Below, one piece after another: positions 25,647 to 38,199 of a DNA stretch of 64,000 bases; the first letter of the stretch is position 1; the number at the start of each line of letters is the position of its first letter. The DNA lies in contig OZ296655.1 of the NCBI GenBank assembly GCA_965655095.1, positions 61,690,001 through 61,754,000 on the forward strand. Reading direction: 5' to 3'. Below the pieces are notes generated by a model. The model did no database searches, had not been told where the DNA came from, and saw only the letters and a list, made by a program, of their open reading frames with translations. Origin of the DNA: Haplodiscus bocki. Lineage: Eukaryota. Position numbers and translations under genes: made by a program.

Positions 25647-26747
25647 TGGTGACAGGAGCGACAGAACGCCACGACATGGTGACAGGAGTTACAGAAGAAG
25701 TTCGCAATGGCCGTGACATGGTGACAGCAGTTCAAGAAGAGATTCCCTACTGCTCCTCCGGAATTTCCTCACGAAAACAAAAGAAGGCGCACTCCACAAG
25801 TCAGCCACAGTTTCGCAGTGAGAACACCCCTGCGACAATTGAAGCAGACCAGTTTTTATTGGCCCTTCAGCAATTGGCGATGAACAGTAATTCAGCCAAT
25901 TTCAACAACAATATCACAAAAATCTCGGAACTGCCTAAATCCCTCACGACAACAATGCCCACCTTCGACGGGAAATCAGAGAAATTTGAACTGTTTGAAG
26001 ATTTATTCCAAACGAGTTTAAAAATCCACAATCAGCTCACAGAAGAAGACAAAATAAACTATTTCCATTCGCTCATGCGTGGTGATGCGTTGCAGAGGTT
26101 CAAAAACATCAGCAGCCGGAACTCAGAAAGTCTGACAGAAACCCTGACTGTGTTCCGTAGAAAGTACGTGAAATCCCAGTCAATGGCTACGGCAAGGCAC
26201 AAATTTCAACAACTAATTTTCAATCCAGCGAACCAGAAATTAATTGATTTTTTGGACCAACTGCAGAAATTGGCAAAAAATGCGTTCGAAGTTGATGCCC
26301 AAGCAATCATTGAACAATTCATAAATGCCAAAATTCCTCCACACCTGAAGAAATCAATAAACCAGGCCCATTTGGAGAACGGCACGTATGAATAGATTGT
26401 GACACATCTCGAAAGAGAATTAGAGCTTAACAGTTTGGAATATCCTGATGAAACTCAAATGAACACTGACGCACAAACAACAAATTGGAGTCAACCCAGA
26501 TGATGCTGGAAATATCAACAGTGACACAAACGACTCTAACCCCAACAATCACAAAATTGACAGAAAATCTAGAACTCTCTACCATCCCTGTGAGACAGGT
26601 GGCAAAACGAACCACTCCACAGAGAGATGTTACCTTGGAGCCAATGCAGCAAACAGGCCACTTCCCTGGAAGAACAAACCTCAAGAACAGGACGCACACG
26701 ACAGCATAACTGGTTGTGTCTAGGCTACAGCCCAACATTTTAACTAG
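25246..26747 (+). pseudogene. gag: Gag of Gypsy-A (frameshifts near 25400-25445, stop at 26393)
   Basis: MATLRNKRKL...MPTFDGKSEKFELFEDLF...KINYFHSLMRGDAL; degenerate zinc knuckle CETGGKTNHSTERC at ~26590-26630. Confidence 0.9.
25647..25730 (+). repeat. Triplicated primer-binding site TGGTGACAG(G/C)AG
   Basis: Copies at 25647, 25677 and 25719, each preceded by ACA; spacing 30 and 42 bp. Confidence 0.85.
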
Positions 26748-26749
26748 AA

Positions 26750-27502
26750 ATGCCACATTTTCAATCCGGAACAGTGACTAACAGACCGGAGACCAACGGA
26801 AGAATATTCCACCAATCCCATGTGTTGTCTGGCAGCAACCTTTGGAGATTTTAGTGGATAGTTCAAGTTAGCTAATATTCAAATTGACTCTACTGCTGAA
26901 ACTAATTAAAACACGCATACGCCCCAACTAAAATAAAGAAATGGTGTAGAGTCACAAACGTCGTCAATAAAGGAAATCTCACTTCAAAATCCGGAACCTC
27001 TACGGAACACTTCCGAGAAATTGATACTAGTAGCAAACAAGTAGTGTGCCTCAATAACTCCCAAAACTTTCAAAACGAAACCCAAGAAACGACTAAAGGC
27101 ATCACAGCTGAAATGTAACGGAGATGACAATATTTGCCTTCTCACAAAAACAACTTCACCGCTGTTTGGGAAACGCTTCTGAGAGATGAGACATGGACGA
27201 GCTGTATATATCAATGTCCTCCATCATAGTACCTGAAAAGTGTACCTGATTCTGGATTTCGTAAACTATCTAATTACACAACCCATTTGACTAGGAGTAT
27301 ACTAGGCACAATACGAGAAGTTTGCCCACAAAGTTTCCATAAAAGAAGGGATATATGACGGAATGGATACGGATCATGATTGTAGCTACAAACGGGTCAG
27401 GAATTGGAAGCATCAAACCCCTAATTCTACCAAACCCCGCAGAACAAAAATGATCTACGTCATCACCTGAAGTCGAATTGCAAGGAAACTTACAGACATT
27501 GA
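26750..27502 (+). pseudogene. pol: pol remnant: pre-protease region fused to the extreme C-terminus of integrase
   Basis: 27100-27270 resembles 63320-63496. 27340-27502 (YDGMDTDHD...PKSNCKETYRH*) resembles 58953-59100 (YDGTHTD...PKPNCNDDYRY*). RT, RNase H and the rve core are absent. Confidence 0.75.
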
Positions 27503-27929
27503 ATTTTTGAATCTGTCCTAGTATGTTCCACGGAACGCCTACGTACACTTTCCGGAGATCCTAGGAACGTGTTATGGAACTCATACGGAGCAAATACGTA
27601 CCTATTCCTGGAAGCTCTTCACAGTTCTCCTCGAACAAAAACGATGTTTTGACTACTAGTTCTCAATGGATATTGGTGATTGCAATAGTGAATTTCTGAT
27701 GTCACTTTCTGAGGATAATCCTTGTCGACTGACTCATTTTCCACTCATTCTCTCCCAGATTGCAACTCGACAAAATTGTGTGCAAATAGAACAATACAGG
27801 CAAAGAATGGACTGAATGAGAAAAACTTAGGAACAGCCCCAGACAACCCCAGTATGGACAACATCAACGACATTACGGCTTCCACCCAGGAGAAAACATG
27901 GCGTGATACGGAACAATTCCGGAAAAAAT

Positions 27930-29184
27930 ACGGAACGTACCACAAAAGTGTCGCCGCCGATCCAGTACTTCATTCAACTCTGCCAACATAGAATATACAT
28001 TACACACACAATACTAATTGCCCAAACACAAACCAGACGGGAATGCCCACTATTCATTAGAAGATTCAGCAACTGAGCCTTTCCTACCACACTGACGGAG
28101 CGACAAAAACAAACAATCTAATGCCCAATGGCATGCACAACAGTGGCAGCAGGATTCGGTGACGAATTAATCTAAAAAGCAAAAATGAGGTGAAATCTGG
28201 AACCAATGAGGAACAATACTAGGAAATTCCTCATTCGAATATGACTATTGCCCTCATCAAAAGCCTGCTCCATTAGCTCCCAACTTCGACTACGACTGTG
28301 TACAACTTCAAGGACGTCAGACTGAAGCCCGCAATTAGCGATACCAGGCGTCTGACCATCAGTTTCCACCCCAGTCGGTACGTCATCTCTTCCGGAAACT
28401 CTAGGAGCAAATTCGGCATCACCTGCAAAAACGAGGATAATAAACCACTGCCCCAAAAACAAATCCACAATGTATATTAGAGAGTGTTAAACTCTCAAGA
28501 GCAGCCGTGAGAGAACTTTTCTAGAAGCCCCCTTTCCGGACATACTCCTCCGAAGTGGGAGCAACAACTTCAGACTCGGATCACGACCGAGTCACTCCGA
28601 GAAGTCCCGGAGAAACCCGGACGAACAAATGGTTCCCCAGAACAGTTAGACGCTAAAACACAATAGCCTCACGAAGTCATCTTCATGAAGATGTGCGCAC
28701 TGATTACTGGCTTATGGAAAATATGAGTGGCCACCATATTATTCCAGCAAACCAAAAGCTAATGAGGTATGAAGATTTGAAAATTCACATTGCGGAGGTC
28801 GAGCGGTGTCAAAAACACACTCAGACAAAGTCAGTCCCTCCAATCCTTTTCCCGGAAAATCTCTGAGAAAATGAAACACTGCAACTCAAACCCGGAAATC
28901 GCCAACGCGGGAGCACCACAAACAACATCGACATCCTAACCCTCGATGTGTGTCTCCCTCCCCGCATCTTCATCAGTTTCGCAATGATCTCCAACAACAA
29001 GCTATTCCAGAACTTCACCCGGACTCCCGGACTCTCCTTGCCCATATCCACAAGACATTTTCTTCAGGGGCACATGGAGGTTAATAGAATTGGCAAAATG
29101 AGTTCTGGCAGAGCCTACAACTGACACAGCATCTGCTTGAGATGAAGTGATCTCCTCATGCAGGATCACACTTTTCTCAGACAT
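27930..29184 (-). pseudogene. Antisense multi-exon accessory gene of Gypsy-A (5' exons kept, core deleted)
   Basis: MSEKSVILHEEITSSQAD, DAEFAPRVSG, LMEQAFDE and MLAELNEVLDR match exons 1-5 of 53988-58552, with splice-site-like motifs at the same positions. Confidence 0.75.
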
Positions 29185-29705
29185 TTCATGGAATAGCAAC
29201 ACTTGACTATCAAATGATGGATTTACATGCCTAAATCATTAAATACTTACTCATTATAAATTTGATGAAATTGTCTGCCAGCAATGACATCAGCATGATA
29301 TTTCAAGGAACTGTTGACGAGCGAAACTAAGCGTTTCCTCATTCCGAAACTTTGCTTTCCTTGACTTGTGTACACAGTAACACCCTCAAATTCTACTCAC
29401 TATTACTTAACGTCATCAATTTTACCTTTCAATACGGAAACTACAAAGAATTTCCCAGCCAAAAAAAAACTACGGAGAATCTACGTATGTACTCCGTCAC
29501 TTGACAAAGTACTCTTGGTGAATTCGTCAACTCTCATCGGCGAGAATAATTCTTCACTTATGTTTCGAATTGGTACCGGCGATTGGTTATCTTGTGAACT
29601 CTGGACAATTGTGATTTCTATCTGGGACAATCATCGATGAGCAGAGGGCATCGAAAACAGAAAAGAAAATTGACCATGGGAATGTCCTTTCACAAAGAGG
29701 GGGAG

Positions 29706-31248
29706 TGTCGCAGTATATCCGCGAAGCCTACGAGCATACAGAAAGAAAAGGACATCCCCAGATTGCCTGAAAATTAGAAGAAACTCTATCGATACTTTAG
29801 ACTTTTCTATTTCCATTCATATATTAATATTGCAGTAATATATCATTGCTTTTACATGTAGTTGATACGTATCAAATACGTATTACTCCCAAGTATACTT
29901 TCATACAAATTCTACTTTTTTTATACGTAGCATTCCCGTGTACTGCACCAGATTGGGACGCAACTTTTACGTAACGAACACGTACCTACCTAGCAGCTAC
30001 TCTAAGCTAGGAATGAAAATTTTGTTACGTGCGCGTTACGCCGCTAACGATTTGGTGACGTCACAAAACTTTCAACAAATCCGCTGTGCCTTACGCTGTT
30101 TCACTTTGGACGGACAGGGGACGTCTACGTAGCCACCAGAATCATTCTCCTCAGTAGTACTGCGGAAGGCAGCGCTACAAGCGGCTACGTAGTCGCCACG
30201 GAACGCTCCGGCCAAAGTGAGGCGTGAGCTAGTAAAAACGTGGAACGGTCTAAGAAAAAGCCTATTTTCGTTCCAAAAGTGAAAATAATCGATGCAATAG
30301 TATTACCAAGCATGTAATTATGATTTTCTATGATTATTTTAGTGTATTTTATTTATTTTGGTACATTTTTCAATACGTTCCTCTGATGGAAAAACTTTTG
30401 GATCATTTGTTTATGTTAATATTCATTGTGTCGGCGCGGGAATAATCACTTTGATATCCATTTCCGACTGATCAGACCCGTAAATTTTCCGTCGAAAGAT
30501 GGAAAAGACGCGGTCTGTAAAGGAAGGAATGGAGGGAAAGTTGTTTATTTCCCGCCAGAGTCGGCATATTTCCTTTGTAATTATTATCCTCAAAGCACTT
30601 TTCCCTACTTTGTACCTTTACTTGGCGTGTAAACAATTATGTTTCCCGCCACGGAAAATGTATAAATAGGAGAAACGAAAGTACTAGAGGGAGAGATTCC
30701 TAAAATCACTTTGATTATCAGTTGACAGTACTGATTGCGACTAGTTGGTTATTCTAAAGATTAACATTTTTTATTATAACCTCAAGTTCATTAACAAATA
30801 CAAACTAATTCAGTCGTCATAACTGCATAGCATTTTCTCTTCAAAAAATGGCAACGTTGAGAAACAAACGAAAGTTGGCAGTCGTTACAAGAGAAACACA
30901 AGAGGAACATCCTAGGAACGGCCAGACACGAAACCCGTCCGTTCCTAGAATTAACGAGGAATATATCACACAACTTTCTGAGGAGATAGAAGGCAGTGTC
31001 AGTAAAAACTGTCCCAAGAGTTCAGCAGGACAGAGTCCCGCATTTTGTTGCTTTGTCTAAATTAGACGAGTTTCTTCTGAACCAACAGATACGGACGCAC
31101 TCCGAAACCGTTCCGGAAACATTCCGAAACACAAACGTGGATAACCAGGGAACGAAAGAGGACGACTCCATGAGTGACCCTCATCCTGAAGCAGGCCTCT
31201 TCCGCAGCCAGACTACACAAAACTCTGGCCAAGAAGTTGGTCCTTACA
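29706..31248 (+). repeat. 3' LTR of Gypsy-A
   Basis: Direct repeat of 24104-25646, preceded by the PPT and followed by the TSD. Confidence 0.95.
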
Positions 31249-33449
31249 GGAACTTTATCTCAAGTAACGCTATCTTGTCTGCCAACCATCTGAGCTAACA
31301 GCTCCAGCTCAGATAAAACTGTGAAAAGACTCGGATTGAATTCCCAGAGCCAAAGTATCCATAGAGTGGGAAAAACTCAAAAAAACTTCAAGTGGTAACT
31401 CTCTTGGGCTCAATGAGCAGCGAAACATTTTGAAACCCGTCTTAATTCTGTTACTTTGCTAGTATCAAAAAACTTGAAAAATTCGCTTTCTGGCATACTT
31501 TGGCTCGAAGATTGGCCCATTAAATATTAGAGTTGATCACTTCTCATCGCAATGTGAGCTAAAAATGGCAATTATCCAGAAAAATCTAGTGGAATAACTC
31601 GAAAAAGTGAGATTTCAATAAAAAATAGCATCGTGAATTAAAGAAAGAAACAAAGCCGTTTCAGAGAACATCAGTGCTGAATCAGCGTTTTTCGGAGATT
31701 TTCAGGTAAAACGCTGAAACAACGGTGATCGGGGCTGATTGTCTGAGACCTTCACTCAAACAGTTTAGATACTTTCAAATTATCAGAGAACTCATTTGCA
31801 GAAATGGACTGGTTTGTTAATGCCAATGAAGCAGCAGACAGCGAGTACCTGATGATCTTTAACAGTCGGTTTCTCAATCCATACAAAACTTCGCTTGCTT
31901 CATCCTATTGCATTGCACTGTCTGGATTGGGAAAAAGAATGGTCTAACAGCCAGTTTAAGTGAATACAAGTTGAATTTTTCGCAGAATCAGTGTTCTAAC
32001 TTTCGTATTTACACGCCCGTAGATATGCAACAAATTCATTCTTTCCAATGCATCTGGTCTTCGTCCAACCTTTAACTATAAATTTCTTTTAAATTTCGTT
32101 TAATTCTCTCATAAACTTGAAAAACATCAGAGTTTTTGTACCATGGTCTCTTTTCTCCGGTAAGTAACTTCTTTCGTCATTTCGAACAATTCTGTTTTCT
32201 TCAACCTTTGCAGCTTGCTTATGTCCCAAGAAGTTTCATCAGGCATTCTTCGATAATTCTTGTAAAAGTACTCTTTTTTAGTACATGTATTCTTTATATG
32301 ATGGTTTATCTAGCCACGTACCTTCATGGTGCCTCTGATTTTTTGCATAGGTGAGAATTTCTGGATTAGAACACCTTAGATTGATCTTAGATATGCAAGA
32401 GCAAGGAAGTGTAACAATTCGAGAAAATTTGCTAACTTTTTTTATTATTTTCAAGAGCCATTCACTGCTAACTGGAAACTTGATATTTTGCTTTTTCTCA
32501 AAAGTGTCTGAAATGACATTGCATTCTCGGTGCAGCTGTATGATCAATCCGCACTAATGAAAAATGCTGAACAGTAAAACGCGTATAGAAAGTATAAGCT
32601 GCCAGTTGTCGATTACTGAATGTAAATCAATCACGCTATCTGACTACTTCAAAATTCAAGTGGAATGTTTGCAATTCATCAACGAGGGTGCCAGACCTTC
32701 AGTTTATCAAACAGGAGTTCTATTTCAGTCGTCCCATTCGAGACGTTTAATACTACAATTTTCTAAAACTGTTTTCTCAAAATTCTGTTTCATCTATAAA
32801 AATTGTCGCATTAAATATAACGCTAACCGTGCTAAAATTAAATGGTGACGTAATGGAAATTTCAAAAAAAACTCAGCAGTTTAAAGCAATGTAGTTGGAG
32901 AACGATAACAAAGTTGGAATTGCACACTTCAGAGTTTCAAAATCTCGTTCACATTCTCAGTACGAATGATTATGAAACTTTTTACATTGATAACGCCTGA
33001 TGCTCCGGGCTAAACGTTTTTGTTTCATCAAACAGTAGACCCTAAAATCCTAAATGTTCATTTTTTTAAGTTTTATTATGGGATCACCTTTATTGGTGCT
33101 CCTTGGCGCACTGCTTACCACATTTGGTCAAAACCTTGAAAAATTCAACGACTCAGAAAATTGAGCTGCCAGCCACCAACGGCAAGAAGTCAAAACTCGC
33201 CTTCTCCCTCACTGGATACCACCAGCAAGCAACTCAAAAACCTAGAAAATCATTTCTATAGCTTTGGAATTTTCCGAGTTCAGAAAATTCAATTCATCAG
33301 AAATTTGGTTTCTTCACACATGGATAACTTTTCTCACATCTTGGGGCAGTTCAACTATTCAAAGACACTTGAATAATTCCTATCCGCAGAGAAGAATATT
33401 GCGAAGACCTTTCTGTTGCAAGTCAATACGCATCATTTTTAACAAAACA

Positions 33450-34080
33450 AATTGTTACTAATTAAAATGACCAACCCTTGAACAGTACAACTCACCAGAT
33501 GAAAACCTTTGATTAATCAGGATGGCGTCCGTTGGTAAACATTCTCTGAAAAGAGTGCAACAAAAAAGGCTCCGAATAAAAGCTGTATGAATGAGAGCAC
33601 AACAGAAAAAAACCTAAAACTTAGGAGAACGCGCTCGGTGGTCCTGAGAAAGTGCAATGATGCTGAGTCTTAAATAAAAACTCTTACTAAAGCAGTCATC
33701 GAACATAATCAGGTTCTTTGGTTATCCCATGGTATTTATCTGACTATAAAAAAGATTGCTCGGTTGCTAGGCTGTAAAGCAATGTACCTAGTCTTAGTTA
33801 CTAACCTCATCTTTTCATCGAAACTGAGCCGGTTGTTCAAAAAATCTCTAGGTTTCATTCTACGGGTTGACAACTATGAAACTGGCCTGAAGAGATTCGC
33901 CAGGTTGATTCGTTTCCAGCTAAAATAGTTTTAGATAATTACTTATGAAATGGACTGCTAGAAAAAGCGGATGACTATTCTCTCCGCCCTAGCGCATGAA
34001 AAAAACTGAAACTCTAAATCTGTGCTGCTCGAGAACCAACTCAACTCCTACAAGCTAAAAAAAAATAAAAAATGGTACCT
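33450..34080 (+). pseudogene. Possible highly decayed non-LTR (LINE) 3' fragment
   Basis: KLSRLFKKSLGFILRVDNYETGLKRF resembles the post-RT region of CR1/L2-type ORF2; A-rich tail near 34057-34073. Weak. Confidence 0.25.
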
Positions 34081-37000
34081 ATTAAAGAATTCTGAATTAC
34101 AATTGTTCGCATCCTTTAATTCTGTATAATAAAAAGGCATGCAACATTATTATTTTTGTTTTTTAATCTGAAAATGGGGCATTAATAATTCTGTCATAAA
34201 ATTAAAATGTTAATAAATTTTGGTCAATTTGTTTGGAATGGTAAACTTCTGGCTTTATTACTTTAACTTGTACTGGAAACGAATGAATTCTTGATAAAAC
34301 TTTGCCCCTTTCAAACCAGTACCGTCCCTTTTGTATTTCAGCTACCAAGTTCGACTTTGTGTTTATTATATCAAAGCCAAAACTTGCTCGAAGTTAAATG
34401 ATAAATTTGTCTGTATTGAATAAATTCTTCATCAATTCCGGAAGCATTCATTAGGCACCTAACAAGTCCTTGCTTGCGAATTCACGGTCTACTTTGCTCA
34501 CACGGGCCGCCAAGGCAACTTTGAGTCTGAAGTTTGTTTCAATAGTAATGGCCGCACACCACGAAAATGACATGCTATGTCAGAAACAACCTTGAATAGA
34601 AATAATTAAACAACCAAACAAATTCAATCCCTCTATCCCGTGCGACAATTTTTATTAGGAAACATAGTTAGCACCTGTAGAAAGCAGCTATTTGAGAACA
34701 GCGGCATCCAGAACAGATCAGCATAACCGATAAAATTTGAACTGTGCAAAGACTCGATACGGAACTCTCCCTGTAGGACTGATTCAACTCAGCCACTTTA
34801 TTCCCTAGAGGCTACTAATTGATTTGAGAAGTATCCGGCTGTTGTAGGCGAGATCTTGTTTCCTTACGGTTCATGAGGACTTTTTTTGGCTCTGTTTGTT
34901 CTTCAGTCAAGGCTGCTCATCCATGACAATCACAAATGAAAATGATGGTAAAAAACGAATTTTTAAAGGCAGTCACAGCTGCCATTCAGTCTTAGGACTA
35001 TTGTAATTTATCTGCTGAAGTCACATTAGAATCTAGATCTCAGTTTCAATTAACAAACTAGGCTAGATGGCCCTAACAAAGCCGCGATAGTCACAGCTCA
35101 TTTTAGAAAAAGGGTTCATGAGATTTTTTGAAACCTTGATTTTAATAGAAAAAGGACTACATGCATTTCGTATGCAGGATTTGATTATCAAACAGCAAGA
35201 AAACAAAAAATGAAATCAACTGAGTTTCCAATCTAGTATACTGATTCCTATGACCTCCAATTATTACTCAAGCATTCTTGCTGCTTCTCAATCACTTGCT
35301 TCCTCAATTCGAGGATAAAATTTAAAACGTAAAACATCTTCCAGTGGCATTTTTCCTCCCAAAAGTTTGTTTGATTGCATTTGTTTTCACCAGGTTGTGA
35401 ATTTTACAATTCTCTATTACTTTTCAGGAATGGTGCGGAATATCAGATGACTCACTTTTAAACAACGCGGATGCAACGCAGCTTCTACATGTAATAGACT
35501 CGATGAAGTTCCGTTTCTTGGCTTTTTGTCTGATTCCTATTCAGTGGAAATGAATTTTGTTTCTCTATTAAAATGAATATTTGGGTTTTTGTCCTGTTGA
35601 AGCTTCCAACAATTTTTGCAAAGTTTTTCTGGATCTTTCAATCTTTCAAGTGCACTAATTTGACGAACACAGTGAGTAAAATTTTTGGAAGCATCGGTTT
35701 AAGGTCTAGAACCGGTGTGGTAGTCTCTTAAACCTTTCTGATCATTGTCTCACAATAAATCTTTTGATAACTGAAACCTACGGTCTTTTGAAGTAGTGTT
35801 TTGTCATCACGGACTACTAAAAGAGAGGTTTTGAATGAGAACGCAATCATTATAGGTAGGTATACTATTCTTATTTCTCCAAGCGAACGTCAAGGTGACC
35901 TAAATATTGTACCTGTGTCTAATTTGATTTTCCGCTTTCTCCAAACCTGATGTCATCTTGTTATGCAAACAACAATTCAGCATCTATAAAACAGCCACAA
36001 GCCAACACAAATGGCATGTTCGATTCTACAGCACTCAACGCCCTTGTACTGAAAACAACTGCCATTAACGCCTCTAGTGTTCTGGTCAACTGCCCTTAGC
36101 GCCCATACACCAAAGGCAAAGCGGCATTTTGCAAAAATCAACACTCGCACATCATATTGACGAAGACACAATCATTCAATACTTTGACAAAGGGCTGAGA
36201 AAGTTTCAGCGCATGTTGCATGCGCGTGTCAATGACAATTTGTTGACCAGCCCAGACTAAACAAAAGTTCAACCAGTTTTATTGATGTTACATCTGTATC
36301 TCTGATGAAGCATCGACGAATCATTAATGAAATGTCGATGTTTCAAAATAAAGTGCTTTGTGATCTTTAATGATCTTGTATGTTCGCATCTAAATCATTA
36401 ATATTTCAAAAATGGTTCAAAATCTTATGATCTGCTTATACAAAGCTTGAATTTTTATTTTGCCTGTCAAAAATTCCAAATTCAAAGTCTGGAGAGAAAC
36501 TGGTTGGAAAGGTTTTTTTTCAAGATAACGCTGGTTGCTTTGCCGTTTACCTGTGATCTGTCGTTCACATCCATGTAAGATCCCGTCGCCGTAGGTTAGC
36601 CGTGGTGCCGTCAGATCATAACTCTGTAGGTGCTACAGCTGTCCGTTTTTTTTCGCGTTTTTTGTTACAGATTTGCACACAGTCAATGAAGAGTATCTGT
36701 TGCTCACATAAGGTCTTCGCATAGAAAGAAGGATGTAAAATCTCAACTTTTCACTCGTCAATGATCTGTAGCCCATAGCCATATTTGCTCCATTCTGAGC
36801 CGTTTCAGCTTGTCTTGAGAGGCTCTGAAAAACCAGGAGTCAAGTATTTTTCACAAGCATAGTTGTGAGTTCTCAAAAAATAGGTTTTTGACCGCTCTCC
36901 AGTTCTCAGGTTCATCATGCTTGGAGTTGCTTAATAGCCTTGGGGTTGACTTCGGTACAGCCTAGGAAAGTCGGATACAATTTTTTGGTACTGTTCACCA

Positions 37001-38199
37001 CGCATACTAGCTTGTTTTCGCGTCAACTGAGACGCCGGTTAACTCCAAGCAATTTTCCGCCATCAAATTTGCTTAAAACACGCCGAAAAAATTTTTAGAA
37101 AATGTTTTATCTGCGGTTTAGGGGTTTTCGGTGTGGGGGGGGGGGGCTTGAGGAGGAGGGAGTTAACATTCTTTCCGTTAAAAAACGGAATTTTCCTTTG
37201 AAAAACACGTTTTGCTGAAAGCTTTCAATATGCATTATGTGACAAATTTGACAGTTTTTCCAATTAAAAAAATCATTATTTTTTTCTCGAAAAAAAATTC
37301 CGGTCGAAAAGATGTGTTTTATTTTCAAACATTACTAATTTAGTTGAATTTTTCAGCAAATTTGCTACATTTTGACTTTAAAAATCAAGGTCAGAATCGT
37401 GCAGTTTTGCTTATTGAGCAATTGGCAAATTTTATCTTATAAAATCTGATGTTAAATGGATGATTTTCATTCCATATATGAAACATGGGGGGAAAATAAC
37501 GATAGGAACACCAATTGTCTCAAACTGCTTTTTTTTTCAAAGATTCAATGTCTGCAATGTCTCAAATTTCGTGGCGGTCACCTATCATTCTCACAAAAAA
37601 TTTTTAACCACAAATTTTACATTAAAAAGCGCTTCAAACAAATCAGTTTCCTCTGAGCGCTGAAACTTCGTAAAGGCTAAAGATTAATTGATAGTGAACT
37701 AAATATGAAAAAATGTAATTTAAAAAAGCTGGATTCTTGAAAGAATTTCAATTGAAATTTGAAAAACTTGGAAATCTATTGATTTTTGTGTTCTTGGCAT
37801 TCGTTCAACTGCGGACAGCTCTTCGTCTTTCTTCGAATAACCATTAAAGTGTTAATCTTTTGCTGAAATTTGAAACTGACTTGATGTTCTCGATTGAAAC
37901 GCTAAGAAAAAAAAGATATTTCAATACCAGTTTATGCCTCGACAAATATGATTCAACAACTGTATCAAACTTTGTTCAATCTGCCAAAAAATCCTACCAT
38001 GCTAAAAGTAATACACCTTTGAAAAAAATTCCGAGTTTATTTTCTTTTTAAATTCGAACAGTGACATAGATAAAGTTTATTTGAATCATACAAAGGTTAA
38101 TTCAGCCTTGCATCACATTCCCAGTGGAAACCCAATAAATACCGCGACTCGTATTTCCTCCAACCTTAATCAAGCTATCAAGCTTATAAAGATGATGTT

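Larger units (their letters stand above)
24104..31248 (+). mobile_element. Gypsy-type LTR retrotransposon, internally deleted (non-autonomous), recent insertion (Gypsy-A)
   Basis: TG...CA LTRs at 24104-25646 and 29706-31248; TSD GGAAC (24099-24103, 31249-31253); PBS at 25647; PPT AAAGAGGGGGAG before 29706. gag present; pol almost entirely missing. Confidence 0.95.

Noticed and set aside
25640-25735. Mini-CRISPR interpretation of the repeat-spacer pattern
   Set aside because: The repeat is the LTR-end/PBS junction and lies within gag.
34400-37100. Possible host gene or LINE remnants
   Set aside because: Too decayed to identify; no supported motif.
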